Positions 50,841 to 61,050 of a stretch of DNA of 64,000 nucleotides are shown here, piece after piece (position 1 is the first letter of the stretch; each line of letters opens with the position of its first letter). Under the pieces are notes generated by a model. The model was not told where the DNA came from, made no database searches, and was given only the letters and a program-made list of their open reading frames with translations. Origin of the DNA: Candidatus Latescibacterota bacterium (GTDB taxonomy: Bacteria > Latescibacterota > UBA2968 > SICM01); assembly GCA_965217865.1 (NCBI GenBank), contig CBDCJO010000002.1:416001-480000 (forward strand), written 5' to 3'. The position numbers and the translations under genes were made by a program.

Positions 50841-52324
50841 TATTTTCCACTTTCCTCATGCTCCCCCTCATAATAAGCAATCACCCCGGCACCCACCGAA
50901 TCGCCCCACACATTCACCGTGGTCCGACAACGGTCGAGGAACCAGTCGATCACGAGTAAGAGCGTGATCCCTTCGATCGGGAGCCCCACCGCGCGAAGGA
51001 CGATCACCATCGTCACCAGTCCCGCCTCCGGAATGCCCGCGGCTCCGATGGCCGCCAGAGTGGCCGTCAGGAAAATAATCACCTGCTCCACCGGTCCCAA
51101 GGTGATTCCGTAAACTTGCGCGATGAACACCGCAGCAACGGCCTCGTACAGCGCAGTGCCGTCCATGTTGATCGTGGCCCCCAGGGGAAGCACGAAGCTG
51201 CCAACCCGTTTCGAGATCCCATTCTTCTCCTCAACACACTCCATCGTGAGCGGAAGCGTGGCCGAGCTCGAAGCCGTGGAGAAAGCCGTGCTCAATGCCG
51301 TCAGCATGTTGCGTCCGTAACGAAAAACCCGCCTCCGGGCGACCAGGAGCAGGATCAGAGGAAGGATCACAAAGGCATGGATCAGAAGGCCCACGATGAC
51401 CGTCGAGGCGTACCATGCCAGTTTGACCAGCTCCGGCCAGAAACCCGCCCAACCCCCGCTTTTTCCCATACGCGCTGCGATCAGAGCCAGGATCCCGATC
51501 GGCGCAAAAGCGATCACGATGTGAACGATCTTCATGATCGCGTGATTGACCCCGTTGACGAAGTCGATCACGCTTTGAGCTCGTTCCCCGAGGGTTGTTA
51601 GAGTCCCCCCGAACAGGAGGGAGAAGACGATCAGGGGTAAAACATCCATCTCGACCATAGAACGGAAGATATTCGTCGGGACCATCCCGACAATGACGTC
51701 GGTAAGGACTTCAAAAATCGGACGTTCCTTCCCATGAACGCTTTCCGCAACCTTGAGACTTACCCGAACCCCTTTGCCCGATGAAACGGGGGACGCCTGC
51801 CGGTGGGTTTCCTGTTCCCGCCATTCCACCACCAGGATCCCCTTTGCTTTCCCCATCCCCCTTGAATCCACAACCCCGTATATTTCCTGGTCCTGCAGGG
51901 TCACCTGGTACCTGTCATCGTATTGGCTCTCCTGGAAACGGCTCTCTTCAACCAGAATCCGATTCTCCTCCAGTACATAACGGGCATCGGGGAGGTCCTC
52001 CCCGTGCCGGACGCCGATCCCCGGACGGATGATATTGACCAGGATCAGACCGATCAGCACCGAGAACCCGGTTGTGACCATGTAGTAGATGACCGTCCTC
52101 TTTCCGATACCCCCGAGCTTCCGGATGTCCCCCAGATTGGTCACACCGATGATCATCGAGGCCATAACAAGGGGCACAACAACCATCTTCAGGGCGTTCA
52201 AGAACAGGTCTCCCAAAAATTGGAGATAGACGGCCTGCTGGGGAAATTGGCCGCCCACAACGGCACCCACAACGATCGCAATCAGGATCAGATACAGAAG
52301 TCGGTTCTGCTGATTTGTATCCAT
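50840..52324 (-). CDS. dicarboxylate/amino acid:cation symporter (DAACS/GltP family)
   Basis: LFLNALKMVVVPL, AFSTASSSATLP, GATINMDGTALY and DRCRTTVNVWGD. Confidence 0.95.
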   Translation of the reverse strand: MDTNQQNRLLYLILIAIVVGAVVGGQFPQQAVYLQFLGDLFLNALKMVVVPLVMASMIIGVTNLGDIRKLGGIGKRTVIYYMVTTGFSVLIGLILVNIIRPGIGVRHGEDLPDARYVLEENRILVEESRFQESQYDDRYQVTLQDQEIYGVVDSRGMGKAKGILVVEWREQETHRQASPVSSGKGVRVSLKVAESVHGKERPIFEVLTDVIVGMVPTNIFRSMVEMDVLPLIVFSLLFGGTLTTLGERAQSVIDFVNGVNHAIMKIVHIVIAFAPIGILALIAARMGKSGGWAGFWPELVKLAWYASTVIVGLLIHAFVILPLILLLVARRRVFRYGRNMLTALSTAFSTASSSATLPLTMECVEEKNGISKRVGSFVLPLGATINMDGTALYEAVAAVFIAQVYGITLGPVEQVIIFLTATLAAIGAAGIPEAGLVTMVIVLRAVGLPIEGITLLLVIDWFLDRCRTTVNVWGDSVGAGVIAYYEGEHEESGK

Positions 52325-52441
52325 AACACCTCCAGGTTAAGCCGTAATGATTCGTCTATCTCGAAATTTTCCATCCAAATTCAACAACCACCTCTAAAAA
52401 AGCGCTTCTCCTTTTACCATTTATGTGATCCTTGAGAAAAA

Positions 52442-52506
52442 TGTCATCCTGGGCGCGATACTGAGGGATTTCAGATCTGCAGCCGGACTTTGTGCGCGAA
52501 GGATCT
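52442..52506. repeat. GTCATCCTG...GAAGGATCT REP-like element
   Basis: tgtcatcctgggcgcg...ctttgtgcgcgaaggatctc, related to 13009-13375. Confidence 0.6.
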
Positions 52507-52852
52507 CTTTACTTGTGCTGAAATTCAAGTTGGGTAAGCTTATCAAAATGATGGGCCAATGATCGTGAATCCACGTGTTGATGTCAAGGTCAAACCATTG
52601 ATCGGTGGGTTGTGTCGTAGAGGAGATTTTGATGGGATCGTAGAGATGCGAACCAGCTTCTTCGGGGGCGTGTTGTGGAGGGAAAATCGAGGTAAGGAGG
52701 GAGAGCCAGTTCTTCTTAATCAACTTCCGGAAGGTGGCTGTTTCCTGGTTGCGCCGATGTCTATTTTGAGTGGATTTTGTCCTGGAGATACTCCGCGATT
52801 CGTTCCTTCGTGACCTTGCCTTGGATACAACCCCCTACCCCCTCTTCCCCTT

Positions 52853-55800
52853 TTAGCCCCCTGCTATGATTCCCTTCCCCGCCTCCAGCTCCGACGCCTG
52901 TTTCTCACACGCCTCCGCTGCCGCATCGGCTTGAATCTGTCGGTAGCACGCACCCAGCTTCCGGAACAGAGTGGCATCCGGACTCGCCTGAATCATCTTC
53001 TCGTAGACCTCGATGGCCTTCCAGACATCCCCCTGGTGCCGTAAGACTTCGGCCAGGGAAAGCCCGGCCGCCTGGGAACCGGGGTCGAGAATGTACCCCG
53101 TCTCGAACGCGAAGGCCGCCGACTGGGTTTGTCCCTGTCCCACCAGTATTCTTCCGGCTTCGGTGAACAGTTGGGCCATATCCGATTCGGTTACCTCCCT
53201 GGTCAATCCCATATCCGTACCACAGGTCGCATCCACGATCTTTGAAAGCATTTCCTGCACCGTTTCAATAGTCCCCTCGTGAACCGACGCAAGCGCCAGA
53301 CCGAGGTTGACGTCCAGCAGATCGGGTTGCCCCTCCCGGACTTTTCTGAACGCCTTCGAGGCTTCAGTATATCTCTTTTGGGAAAGATAAAGATGTCCGA
53401 GATTTGCGTGGGCCTCGGTCCCTTCCTCCGATAGTGACGCGGCCTCGAGGTACATCGCCTCGGCCTGATCGAGAGCACCTTTTTTCTTGTAGATAAATCC
53501 CAGATTCAAAAACGCATGAGGCAAACCCCCGCTCCGGGTAGTCGCCTGTTTGAATAAGCCCTCCGCCTGATCGACTCATCGATCCGATTCAAGCGCACAT
53601 AGCATTCCCCCAGTGTCATATGCGTAACGGCGTAATGGTCGTCCAGCTTCAGCGCTTCGTGGAGAGGACTCAGGGCTTCCTCGTGTGCCCCCTTTCGCAT
53701 TTGCGAGCGGCCGATATACAGATGCGCCGTCGTCTGGATAATCAGGTTCCTATCAGCTTCGGCCGCACCCTCATCCACAATCCGCTGATACTCTCTGATC
53801 GCATCATCGAGTTCCCCCCAGACATAGTGAGTGTGGGCTTTATGGTTTCGGACGATGTAATCCTCAGGATGCGTCTCCAGCCATCGGGTCATAATCTTGA
53901 AATAGCGCGCCTGCTTGGCCTTTACCACCTCTTGAGTGGTATAACCCGTGTGGCGGACCACGATATCCGTGGCCTCCATCCGGATCCCGAGCCGTCCCAG
54001 CGAGAGGCTTACCTGTTCGTGGACCGGCATCTCGAACCGAACCCCCTGCAGATTCGGAAAAAGCCTAAGCTGCAAACAGGTCGTTGCATCAAAACCCTCA
54101 TCCTGAAGACGAAAATAGAACGCACTCCCTTTCCCCTTCTTCATCGCCCTCCGGACTTTGGTATGGTTCTCTTTTGGGAAGATATCGTCCGCATCCAGCC
54201 ACATGATCCAATCACCCGAGGCGTGCTTCAGGGATTCGTTCCGGGCTGCGGAAAAGTCCTCACACCATTCAAAATAATGAACCTTCGCCCCGTAACCGCG
54301 AGCGACCTCGACCGTCCCGTCGCTTGACCCGGTATCCACCACCACGATCTCATCCACCAGTCCCTGCACGCTTTCTAGACATTGTCCTAATCGATCTGCT
54401 TCGTCCTTGACGATCATCGTAAGTGACAATCGTTCTCCACTTCCTCGGCCATCTGACATGGCGTCTTGCTTTATTTCGCGTCCATTCAAATCCAGAGTTT
54501 TTTGCTGACCCGCATCACGGCTCCCCTGCACCCCGGCTTCCCTACAAAGTTCCAGGAGTTCCTCGCACGACGTTCTGACCCCTTCAAGATCCACCGGAAA
54601 GAAAGCCTCCCCCTCTCCATTCTTGAGAACGTGTGTAAGGTGTTCCCGTGCCTCCTCCACCCGTCCCATCTCCAGGAGGCACTCTCCCAGGTACAATCTC
54701 GCCAGGGCCGATCCGGGCGCCATATCGACCGATTCCATCAGCGGTCCCAGAGCCTGGTCGTGCCGCTTGAGGTCCATCCGAACGCGACCCAGAAACGTCA
54801 GCGCCATCCGGGCGATCGAAGGCCGTTTCTCCCTCAAGGTTTCGTCATCCGCAAGCAACTTAAATTCAAGTTCCGCAGCCTGCGTATCACCCTCCCCATA
54901 TAGGGTATGCCCCACCCTGAACCGGACATCCGCGTCCTCCGGATGGGCCGCCAGACAACGGCGCATCATGCCGAGGTACTTGCGCCGTTTCTTTGAGGTG
55001 ATGGCGTCGGTCGTATAACCTGTGTGAACCACTCGGATGTCGGTCCTCACGCAGCGGATGCCCAATCCTTCAAGGGACCCAACAACCTGTTCGTGTACCG
55101 GTCGTTCGAAACGTACGCCCGGGAGGTTCGGGAAGAGTCGTAACTGTGGATAGCGACTTCGATCGGCCCCCGTGTTCTCAAGCGAGAAATAGAACGCCTC
55201 CCCGGGGCCCCGAGCCATCGCTTTCCGAATCTTTTGGTGTTCCTCCTTCGGCAGAACATCGTCCGCATCCATCCACAGGATCCAGTCCCCAGTGGCCATC
55301 TGAAGCGAGGCGTTCCTCGCCGCTGAAAAATCGTCGCATTATGTCAAACGTCTCGGTGAGCCCCCGCTCAAATCCCTCATCCCCTTGCCGGATAGCGGTC
55401 ACGTCGTATCCCGATGAAGCCAGTATCTTCCGATGGCATTCCAGGATCTCCTCATCCGCATCGATCAAGAGGATCCGACCCCGGGTCGGGGTTTGGGATG
55501 GAGGGGTGTAGGTGGATTTGGTCGGCAGGACGGATGCAACCTGAGCCTTCAGGGCGTGCTTACGCTTCTCAGGTTCTGTGAACCGGGAATGATGGTCTGG
55601 GTGGGGGGGTCGGTGCAAGCGGCCTCCTGGACTCGATCCCGATCTCCGGCAAGGGCGGCTTCAGCAACAGCGAGTAACGCCTCATCTTCAAACGGAACAG
55701 AGAGGGTTCCAAAGATCCCCGGTACGGAAGGCTCCCACGTCCTGTCTCCGCAGGTTCCGATCATCGGCGTAGCGCACCCCTTCTCGTGAAGCATCGCCAT

Positions 55801-55992
55801 GACCTGTTCCCCGTCCAGTCCGGGAAGATCCCGATCGATCAACAACAGGTCATAGCCGTCGCTCAGAGCACGACCCAGGGCGCTGTGACCATCAGAAGCG
55901 GATGTCACCTTGTAGCCCTCCCGCTCCAGCACCTCCCGCAACACGTCTGCCATCAGCATGTTTCCGTGTGCTACCAGGATTTTAGCATTCAT
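52853..55992 (-). pseudogene. large REC-REC-GT2-TPR-GT2-TPR protein broken into four ORFs
   Basis: REC1 (KILVA...YDLLLID..LPGLDG) and REC2 (RILLIDADE); two GT2 domains (DFSAARN.SL...GDWI.W.DADD, RLFPN, VHEQ, HTGY); TPR helices. Breaks at about 55605, 55340 and 53570. Confidence 0.75.
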
Positions 55993-55995
55993 AGG

Positions 55996-56439
55996 TTAAA
56001 CGTCCTCTTTAAAGCTATTCAGTATCATGCCGATCCTGCGCTGTTCGGGCTCGATATCGTTTGACTGGATGCCCTTCGATCCGGATCGGTTGGTAAACCG
56101 GTCCTTTAACCCTTTAAGGCCCAGCCAACCACGACCCGAAGAGGAGACGATTGGAGATGGAAAACTTGAAACATAAGAGAAATCGGTGGGAAACGCGGTG
56201 TAGCCAGATGGGCCTGAAGGGCACGGGGCCACGCCGGGGGGAGCAACGGACCCTCCGCCTGGGTTTTTCTTGGCACGGACGATTCCGGAGATGATGAAGT
56301 AGATGATCACACCCAGAAGGTCCAGAAGGATCACGACTTCCAGTGCAGTGGTCAGGAAGGTATTGAACACGGCGAGAACTCCTGTGGTCGATTGGTCTGA
56401 GTGGCCGGTTAAGGCCCAGGCAGCCAGGTTCCGAGTCAA
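55996..56439 (-). CDS. hypothetical single-TM membrane protein
   Basis: hydrophobic LEVVILLDLLGVIIYFIISGIV; closely spaced between co-oriented neighbours. Confidence 0.55.
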   Translation of the reverse strand: MTRNLAAWALTGHSDQSTTGVLAVFNTFLTTALEVVILLDLLGVIIYFIISGIVRAKKNPGGGSVAPPGVAPCPSGPSGYTAFPTDFSYVSSFPSPIVSSSGRGWLGLKGLKDRFTNRSGSKGIQSNDIEPEQRRIGMILNSFKEDV

Positions 56440-56456
56440 ATTCCTTTCGAGACTCT

Positions 56457-57083
56457 TTAAACTTTTTGTCTCGCCCGTCGGAGGACCATCTTAACACGGG
56501 CTTCGATCTCTTCAAGGTCGAACGGCTTGGTGATGTAATCATCAGCCCCATACTCGAGACCCCTTACTTTCTGGGGGGTTTCGACAAGGGCTGTCACCAT
56601 AATGACCGGTATCTGAGCGGTTATTGGATCGCTTTTCAACCTTTGGCAGACCTGGTAACCGTCCATTCGGGGTAGGCGGAGATCCAACAGGATCAGGTCG
56701 GGTCGGAAGGCCCGGGCTTTTTCGATTGCCTCTATGCCATCCACGGCTTCTTCGATCTCGTAGTCCGGAGTGAACAGTTCCCGCAGGCTTTTACGAATCT
56801 CCTCCTCATCCTCAACGATCAGAAGCCGGTAGGGACCCTGTACATCCGATGTTACCTGAGATTCGAGCTGGTCGGCGATCTGAGCCAACGAAAGCCCCCT
56901 GATCTGAAGGTCTTTGACGGTTTGCTTCTTTGATTCGACATCATCCTTGCTGAACAGATCCTTGTTGCCAATCCGATCAGCCACCTTCAGAATGCCGTAA
57001 TTCTTATACTTTCTGATCGACTCAATGGACTTCCCGAACAGCCGGGCAACTTCGTCGATCCCGATCAACTGACGATCGTCCAT
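56457..57083 (-). CDS. MerR-like HTH + receiver-domain regulator
   Basis: IGIDEVARLFGKSIESIRKY...GLSLAQI; RLLIVEDE...DLRLPRMDG...GADDYITKPF; AAGGAGG RBS. Confidence 0.85.
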   Translation of the reverse strand: MDDRQLIGIDEVARLFGKSIESIRKYKNYGILKVADRIGNKDLFSKDDVESKKQTVKDLQIRGLSLAQIADQLESQVTSDVQGPYRLLIVEDEEEIRKSLRELFTPDYEIEEAVDGIEAIEKARAFRPDLILLDLRLPRMDGYQVCQRLKSDPITAQIPVIMVTALVETPQKVRGLEYGADDYITKPFDLEEIEARVKMVLRRARQKV

Positions 57084-57137
57084 GCCGGGCCCTCCTTAGC
57101 TCTGGCGATAAAACACAAACCGGTTTTGTGTGTATGC

Positions 57138-57167
57138 AATATACAAAAATATATTACATAATGTCAA
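57138..57167 (-). promoter_or_regulatory. sigma70-like promoter of the MerR-REC operon
   Basis: minus strand TTGACA-18 nt-TATATT in an AT-rich spacer. Confidence 0.6.
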
Positions 57168-57273
57168 GTAGTTTTTTTCATACTTATTCCGGTCTTTATA
57201 ATATTATATCGGAAAAACACTAGGTTAACTCAAGGAAATTTTTTTCCACTGACCGGAATTTTATACCGGGTGA

Positions 57274-57289
57274 TGTGATTTGGGTCACA
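57274..57289. promoter_or_regulatory. CRP-family binding site
   Basis: TGTGA-tttggg-TCACA is an exact TGTGA-N6-TCACA match. Confidence 0.55.
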
Positions 57290-57494
57290 TAACCCACTAA
57301 ATAGGGGGTTTTTAAGGAAAATTAAGTCATATCTGAAACCCACCGAGGATTCTTCACCAAGAAACATCTATGTATGATAATGGAAAATCTTATGGTCGTT
57401 TGTAAGATGGATCACAAATATGAAAAAAGAAAGCCGGGTGTCAGGGATCAGAGCTCATCCCATGACCTCTGGTTTCCGCCCCCCCGAACTTCAT

Positions 57495-58099
57495 GAAAGT
57501 ATTTGAACTTGGATACCCCTTCCTTTGGAAGGGGAGGAAAGTTTAGCTTGCCGAAGGCAAGCTAAAAGGCTGTCTTATCGTGTGCAGACCACTGAGACAC
57601 AAATCGACTCAGGAGGCATACGATGGGACTCCGACGGACCAGTCACGCAGTCTATGATAGCCAGTATCATCTGGTATGGGCACCGAAGTATCGGAAATGG
57701 ATTTTGCGAGGTGACCTTCGAGAGTATGTGGGCAAGCTGTTTCATCGGATAGCAGAGGATTTTGGTTTTGACATCCAAGAGATGGAAGTGGCCGAAGATC
57801 ATGTGCATATTTTCTTGTCGTTTCCTCCCCGGTATTCGATTTCTAAGGTAGTGGGCATTTTGAAGAGTATTTCGGGCAGCGGGGTCTTCCGAGAACATCC
57901 AGAGGTGAAACGGGAGTTATGGGGTGGAGAATTCTGGGAAGATGGTTATTTTGCCCGCACCGTAGGCGACAAGGTGACTTCTGAAGTGATTGAGCAATAT
58001 ATTCGGTATCATCGTCAAGAGCAGAAAGGGCCCCTACAGTTGGATCTGTTTGGGGATGGGAGTGGTTAATGCCCCGCCCTTTGGGCGGGGTGGTTTACT
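57495..58099 (+). mobile_element. tnpA: IS200/IS605-family element with intact tnpA (57623-58069), copy B
   Basis: YHLVWAPKYR, DHVH and GYFARTVG...YI; hairpins at both ends; no tnpB. Confidence 0.92.
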
Positions 58100-58179
58100 G
58101 AACATTGAATATCGGGAGAATTGAATATTTGAAAACCTCCGGACTTTCTTATGGCTATATGGATCTCTTCGATATTAAA

Positions 58180-58315
58180 ACTTCAATTCCCACGCCCCTG
58201 TCTTTGCTCTTCCTGCCACTGCCACCTGCCACTGCCTTTTGCCGTTTCACGTCTCACCTCGCACGGTTTTTCTTTTCCCCTGGCCTCAGACCACTGACCT
58301 CTGACCCCGCTTTTT
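58180..58315 (+). repeat. modular hexamer/heptamer patch
   Basis: ctgccactgccacctgccactgcc...tttcacgtctcacctcgcacg...cactgacctctgacccc. Confidence 0.75.
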
Positions 58316-59907
58316 CATTCCACCACATTTCCATACGACATATCTTCATCATAGGAGAGGCGGATTTCCAGTTTGTAGAGCTCGCAAGGCACCTTCAGGA
58401 GGGGATACTTTGCCAGGGTCTCCACGCGGATATGATTCTTGCCTTTCCGTATCAACCCCACATCAGGATACGCTTCCAGATGCCAGCGAGGATTATCCTT
58501 CGGATGTGTCAAAAAGGAGCGGAACGGCAGCTTCATCCCTCCCTCTCTTCTAACCGACAGTTCCTGCCCGTTCAGGAAACACCGCACGTCCTCCGGGATA
58601 TTGACGTTCGTGATGTTCAGTCTGAGTCGAGCTGAGACCCGATGCCCCTCCTCCTGTGCCCTTGGGATGTCATCCGGCACGTCTATTTCAAGTTCGGTGG
58701 ATCCACCCGTGCTCATGTTCCCCAGGTCCTGCGGAAGATCCAGCTGATAATAATGAGACTTCGTCTTAACTCGGATCTCCTCGGGGTCACTCAACTCTCG
58801 GAAGGGTGTCAGATCGAACGGACCGTGGTGCATGTAGTCGTAGAAGGCGATCCCGTCTGCCCCCTGCTCATAGAGCCGATGCGCGATCGCCCGGTGTTCC
58901 TCAGCGGATGTCCAGTCCTGCCCCGGCCCGCTGAACGTCCTGCGTGACGGCTTACCGGGGCCCACGAAAAGCATACAGTCCGTTCCCGCAACGGCCTTTT
59001 CCCATCCCGATGCATCGAGCTCATAGAGGTTGGTACTGCGACACTGCCCCACCAGGATATCGATCATACCTTCCTCTGCCCAGGACCTGATATCCGCACC
59101 CCGCTCGTAGTAGCTCTGGATGTCCCCTGCCCACGAGGTCCGATCGTGCGTTACTGGGTTCATCGGGTCGTGGATATAGAACTGGGCTGAGAGTCCCAGA
59201 TACCTCCCCTTTTTCTTCCCCACCCGGTCGAGCATCTCCCGGATCTTACGCACATGTCCTCCGGTAACCTCCTGCCTGTACTGGGTGTCTCCGGATGAGA
59301 AGTCCATCCCGCCCCTGCTGAAATCCAGGTCCAGACCATCCAGATCGTTCCGCTCAGCCGCATCCGTGAGGAAGTCAAGATTTTGGTCCAGCACCGCGGG
59401 TTTGCACCAGTCGTAGACCGCGGAGACCTGATGTTTCCCGAACGTGGGGAGGCGAAGTTCCGGATGGTCGATATAAAATTGACTCCTCAGTTCTTCCAAC
59501 CCGGGGTAGGTGTGATGGCCGTCGTTCATCCTGCGCGATCCCCATACCTGCAGACCTCTTTCGTGACCCCGTTCTACGACAATCCTTAAGGGGTCATTCC
59601 CGGTCCGGATCAGTTCCTGAAAGTTGACCGCCGTCAGCCAGAAGTAGAAACCGTGGTTCGGATCCTCATAATCCACATCCTTGGCCCCCCTGCTCTCTAT
59701 GACTTTCGAATCGAATTTCGCGACGATTGTACCCAAATTCCACTGCAAAATCCCAACCTGCGTTCCGGATAGATAGTCGATCTTGGACACATACTCCTCA
59801 GGGGTGATCGGATAATTGGAGAGCGGGTCGTTTCCCTGGAAGGTGGTGATGATGTGTCGATTTCGAGCCAGCCCGATGCGGGGATTGTCTTTCATAAGAT
59901 CCTCCAT
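58315..59907 (-). CDS. GHL10-like glycoside hydrolase; intact paralog of 3750-5331
   Basis: DPLRIVVERGH, WGSRRMNDGHH, HPELRL, DLDGLDLDFSR and YEQGADGIAFYD. Confidence 0.75.
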   Translation of the reverse strand: MEDLMKDNPRIGLARNRHIITTFQGNDPLSNYPITPEEYVSKIDYLSGTQVGILQWNLGTIVAKFDSKVIESRGAKDVDYEDPNHGFYFWLTAVNFQELIRTGNDPLRIVVERGHERGLQVWGSRRMNDGHHTYPGLEELRSQFYIDHPELRLPTFGKHQVSAVYDWCKPAVLDQNLDFLTDAAERNDLDGLDLDFSRGGMDFSSGDTQYRQEVTGGHVRKIREMLDRVGKKKGRYLGLSAQFYIHDPMNPVTHDRTSWAGDIQSYYERGADIRSWAEEGMIDILVGQCRSTNLYELDASGWEKAVAGTDCMLFVGPGKPSRRTFSGPGQDWTSAEEHRAIAHRLYEQGADGIAFYDYMHHGPFDLTPFRELSDPEEIRVKTKSHYYQLDLPQDLGNMSTGGSTELEIDVPDDIPRAQEEGHRVSARLRLNITNVNIPEDVRCFLNGQELSVRREGGMKLPFRSFLTHPKDNPRWHLEAYPDVGLIRKGKNHIRVETLAKYPLLKVPCELYKLEIRLSYDEDMSYGNVVE

Positions 59908-60019
59908 GTGAAAAATTCAGTTGCCTGAATCAGGATTCAGATCGAAAGTCGGGGTTTGGAGTCAAGGACCGATCCGCTTCGACTTTCCTAGTTAAATCAT
60001 CAATCCCCCGATCCCTTCA

Positions 60020-60215
60020 ATTTCCCCTGACCCCTGCCTTTACTCTTTCTGCTACTGCCACTGCTACTGTATTCCCTGACCTCTGACTTCCGACCCCTGG
60101 CCTCTCCCTTTGCTTTTTTCTGCTACTTCCATCTGCTCCCTGCCTTTTCCCGTCTCACGTTTGACGTTCGAAGAATGGAATTTAGGTTTTCTTCTGACTT
60201 CTGTATTCTGTATCC
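60020..60215 (+). repeat. modular hexamer/heptamer patch
   Basis: ctgctactgccactgctactg...cctgacctctgacttccgacccctggcct...gtctcacgtttgacg...ttctgacttctgtattctgta. Confidence 0.75.
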
Positions 60216-60321
60216 TATGGGCGGAAGGGGCTTCCCCGGTTTTTTCTTGACGATTTTCCGAATGAGTTTAATATGTTTATCCATACAGGACGAACCCACG
60301 AATCCTGCTATTGATATTTCG

Positions 60322-61014
60322 ATGGCGCCCACTGCAATGATCTCGGGACAGCGAAGCGATGAAAGCGAGGATAAATTGACTGCGCAAAAGTTTTCGAAAG
60401 GCGAAGCCGTCCGGTTTGGCTGGGATACTACAAAGAGGTACATCGGATTTTTTATAGGGCTTGTGATTGTGTATGCGGCGTTGATATATGTCCCCCCCAT
60501 CTTCATCGCCGAAGCGATTTGGGATCACGTCCCGGTCCTGTCGATTACCGTTCGAGTCGCCTACCTGGTGTTATCGGCGATCATCGGGTTGGGATTCATC
60601 CGAATTACCCTTAGATTGTACGACCACGAGAAAACCGGCTTATCCGACCTCTTCTCCTGCTATCCGTTGTTTTTAAGTTATCTGCTCAGTTCCTTTCTTT
60701 ACGGACTGATTGTCCTTGGCGGTACGATCCTTTTTATTATTCCCGGCGTGATCTGGTCGATAAAATTCTATTTTTACCCCTATTTCATCATTGACCAGGG
60801 CTGCGGGCCCTTGGAGGCCTTGAAAAAAAGTGCAGCCATCACCAGGGATTCCATGTGGGACCTGTTCCTTTTCGGTTTGATGCTCGCAGGGATAACCTTG
60901 CTTGGCCTCCTTGCGGTGTTCATCGGTCTTATCGCTGCTTACCCGACAGTCATGCTTGCAACCGCATATGTATACCGCAGGTTGAATATTCAGTCGGATT
61001 ATTCAACAGACTGA
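60322..61014 (+). CDS. multi-pass integral membrane protein (YciC-like)
   Basis: FSKGEAVRFGW..., LFIIPGVIWSI, GPLEALKKS, five to six TM segments; start uncertain. Confidence 0.7.
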   Translation: MAPTAMISGQRSDESEDKLTAQKFSKGEAVRFGWDTTKRYIGFFIGLVIVYAALIYVPPIFIAEAIWDHVPVLSITVRVAYLVLSAIIGLGFIRITLRLYDHEKTGLSDLFSCYPLFLSYLLSSFLYGLIVLGGTILFIIPGVIWSIKFYFYPYFIIDQGCGPLEALKKSAAITRDSMWDLFLFGLMLAGITLLGLLAVFIGLIAAYPTVMLATAYVYRRLNIQSDYSTD

Positions 61015-61050
61015 AATATTTTCACCTATACCTATCCCTGATTCCTTGGA

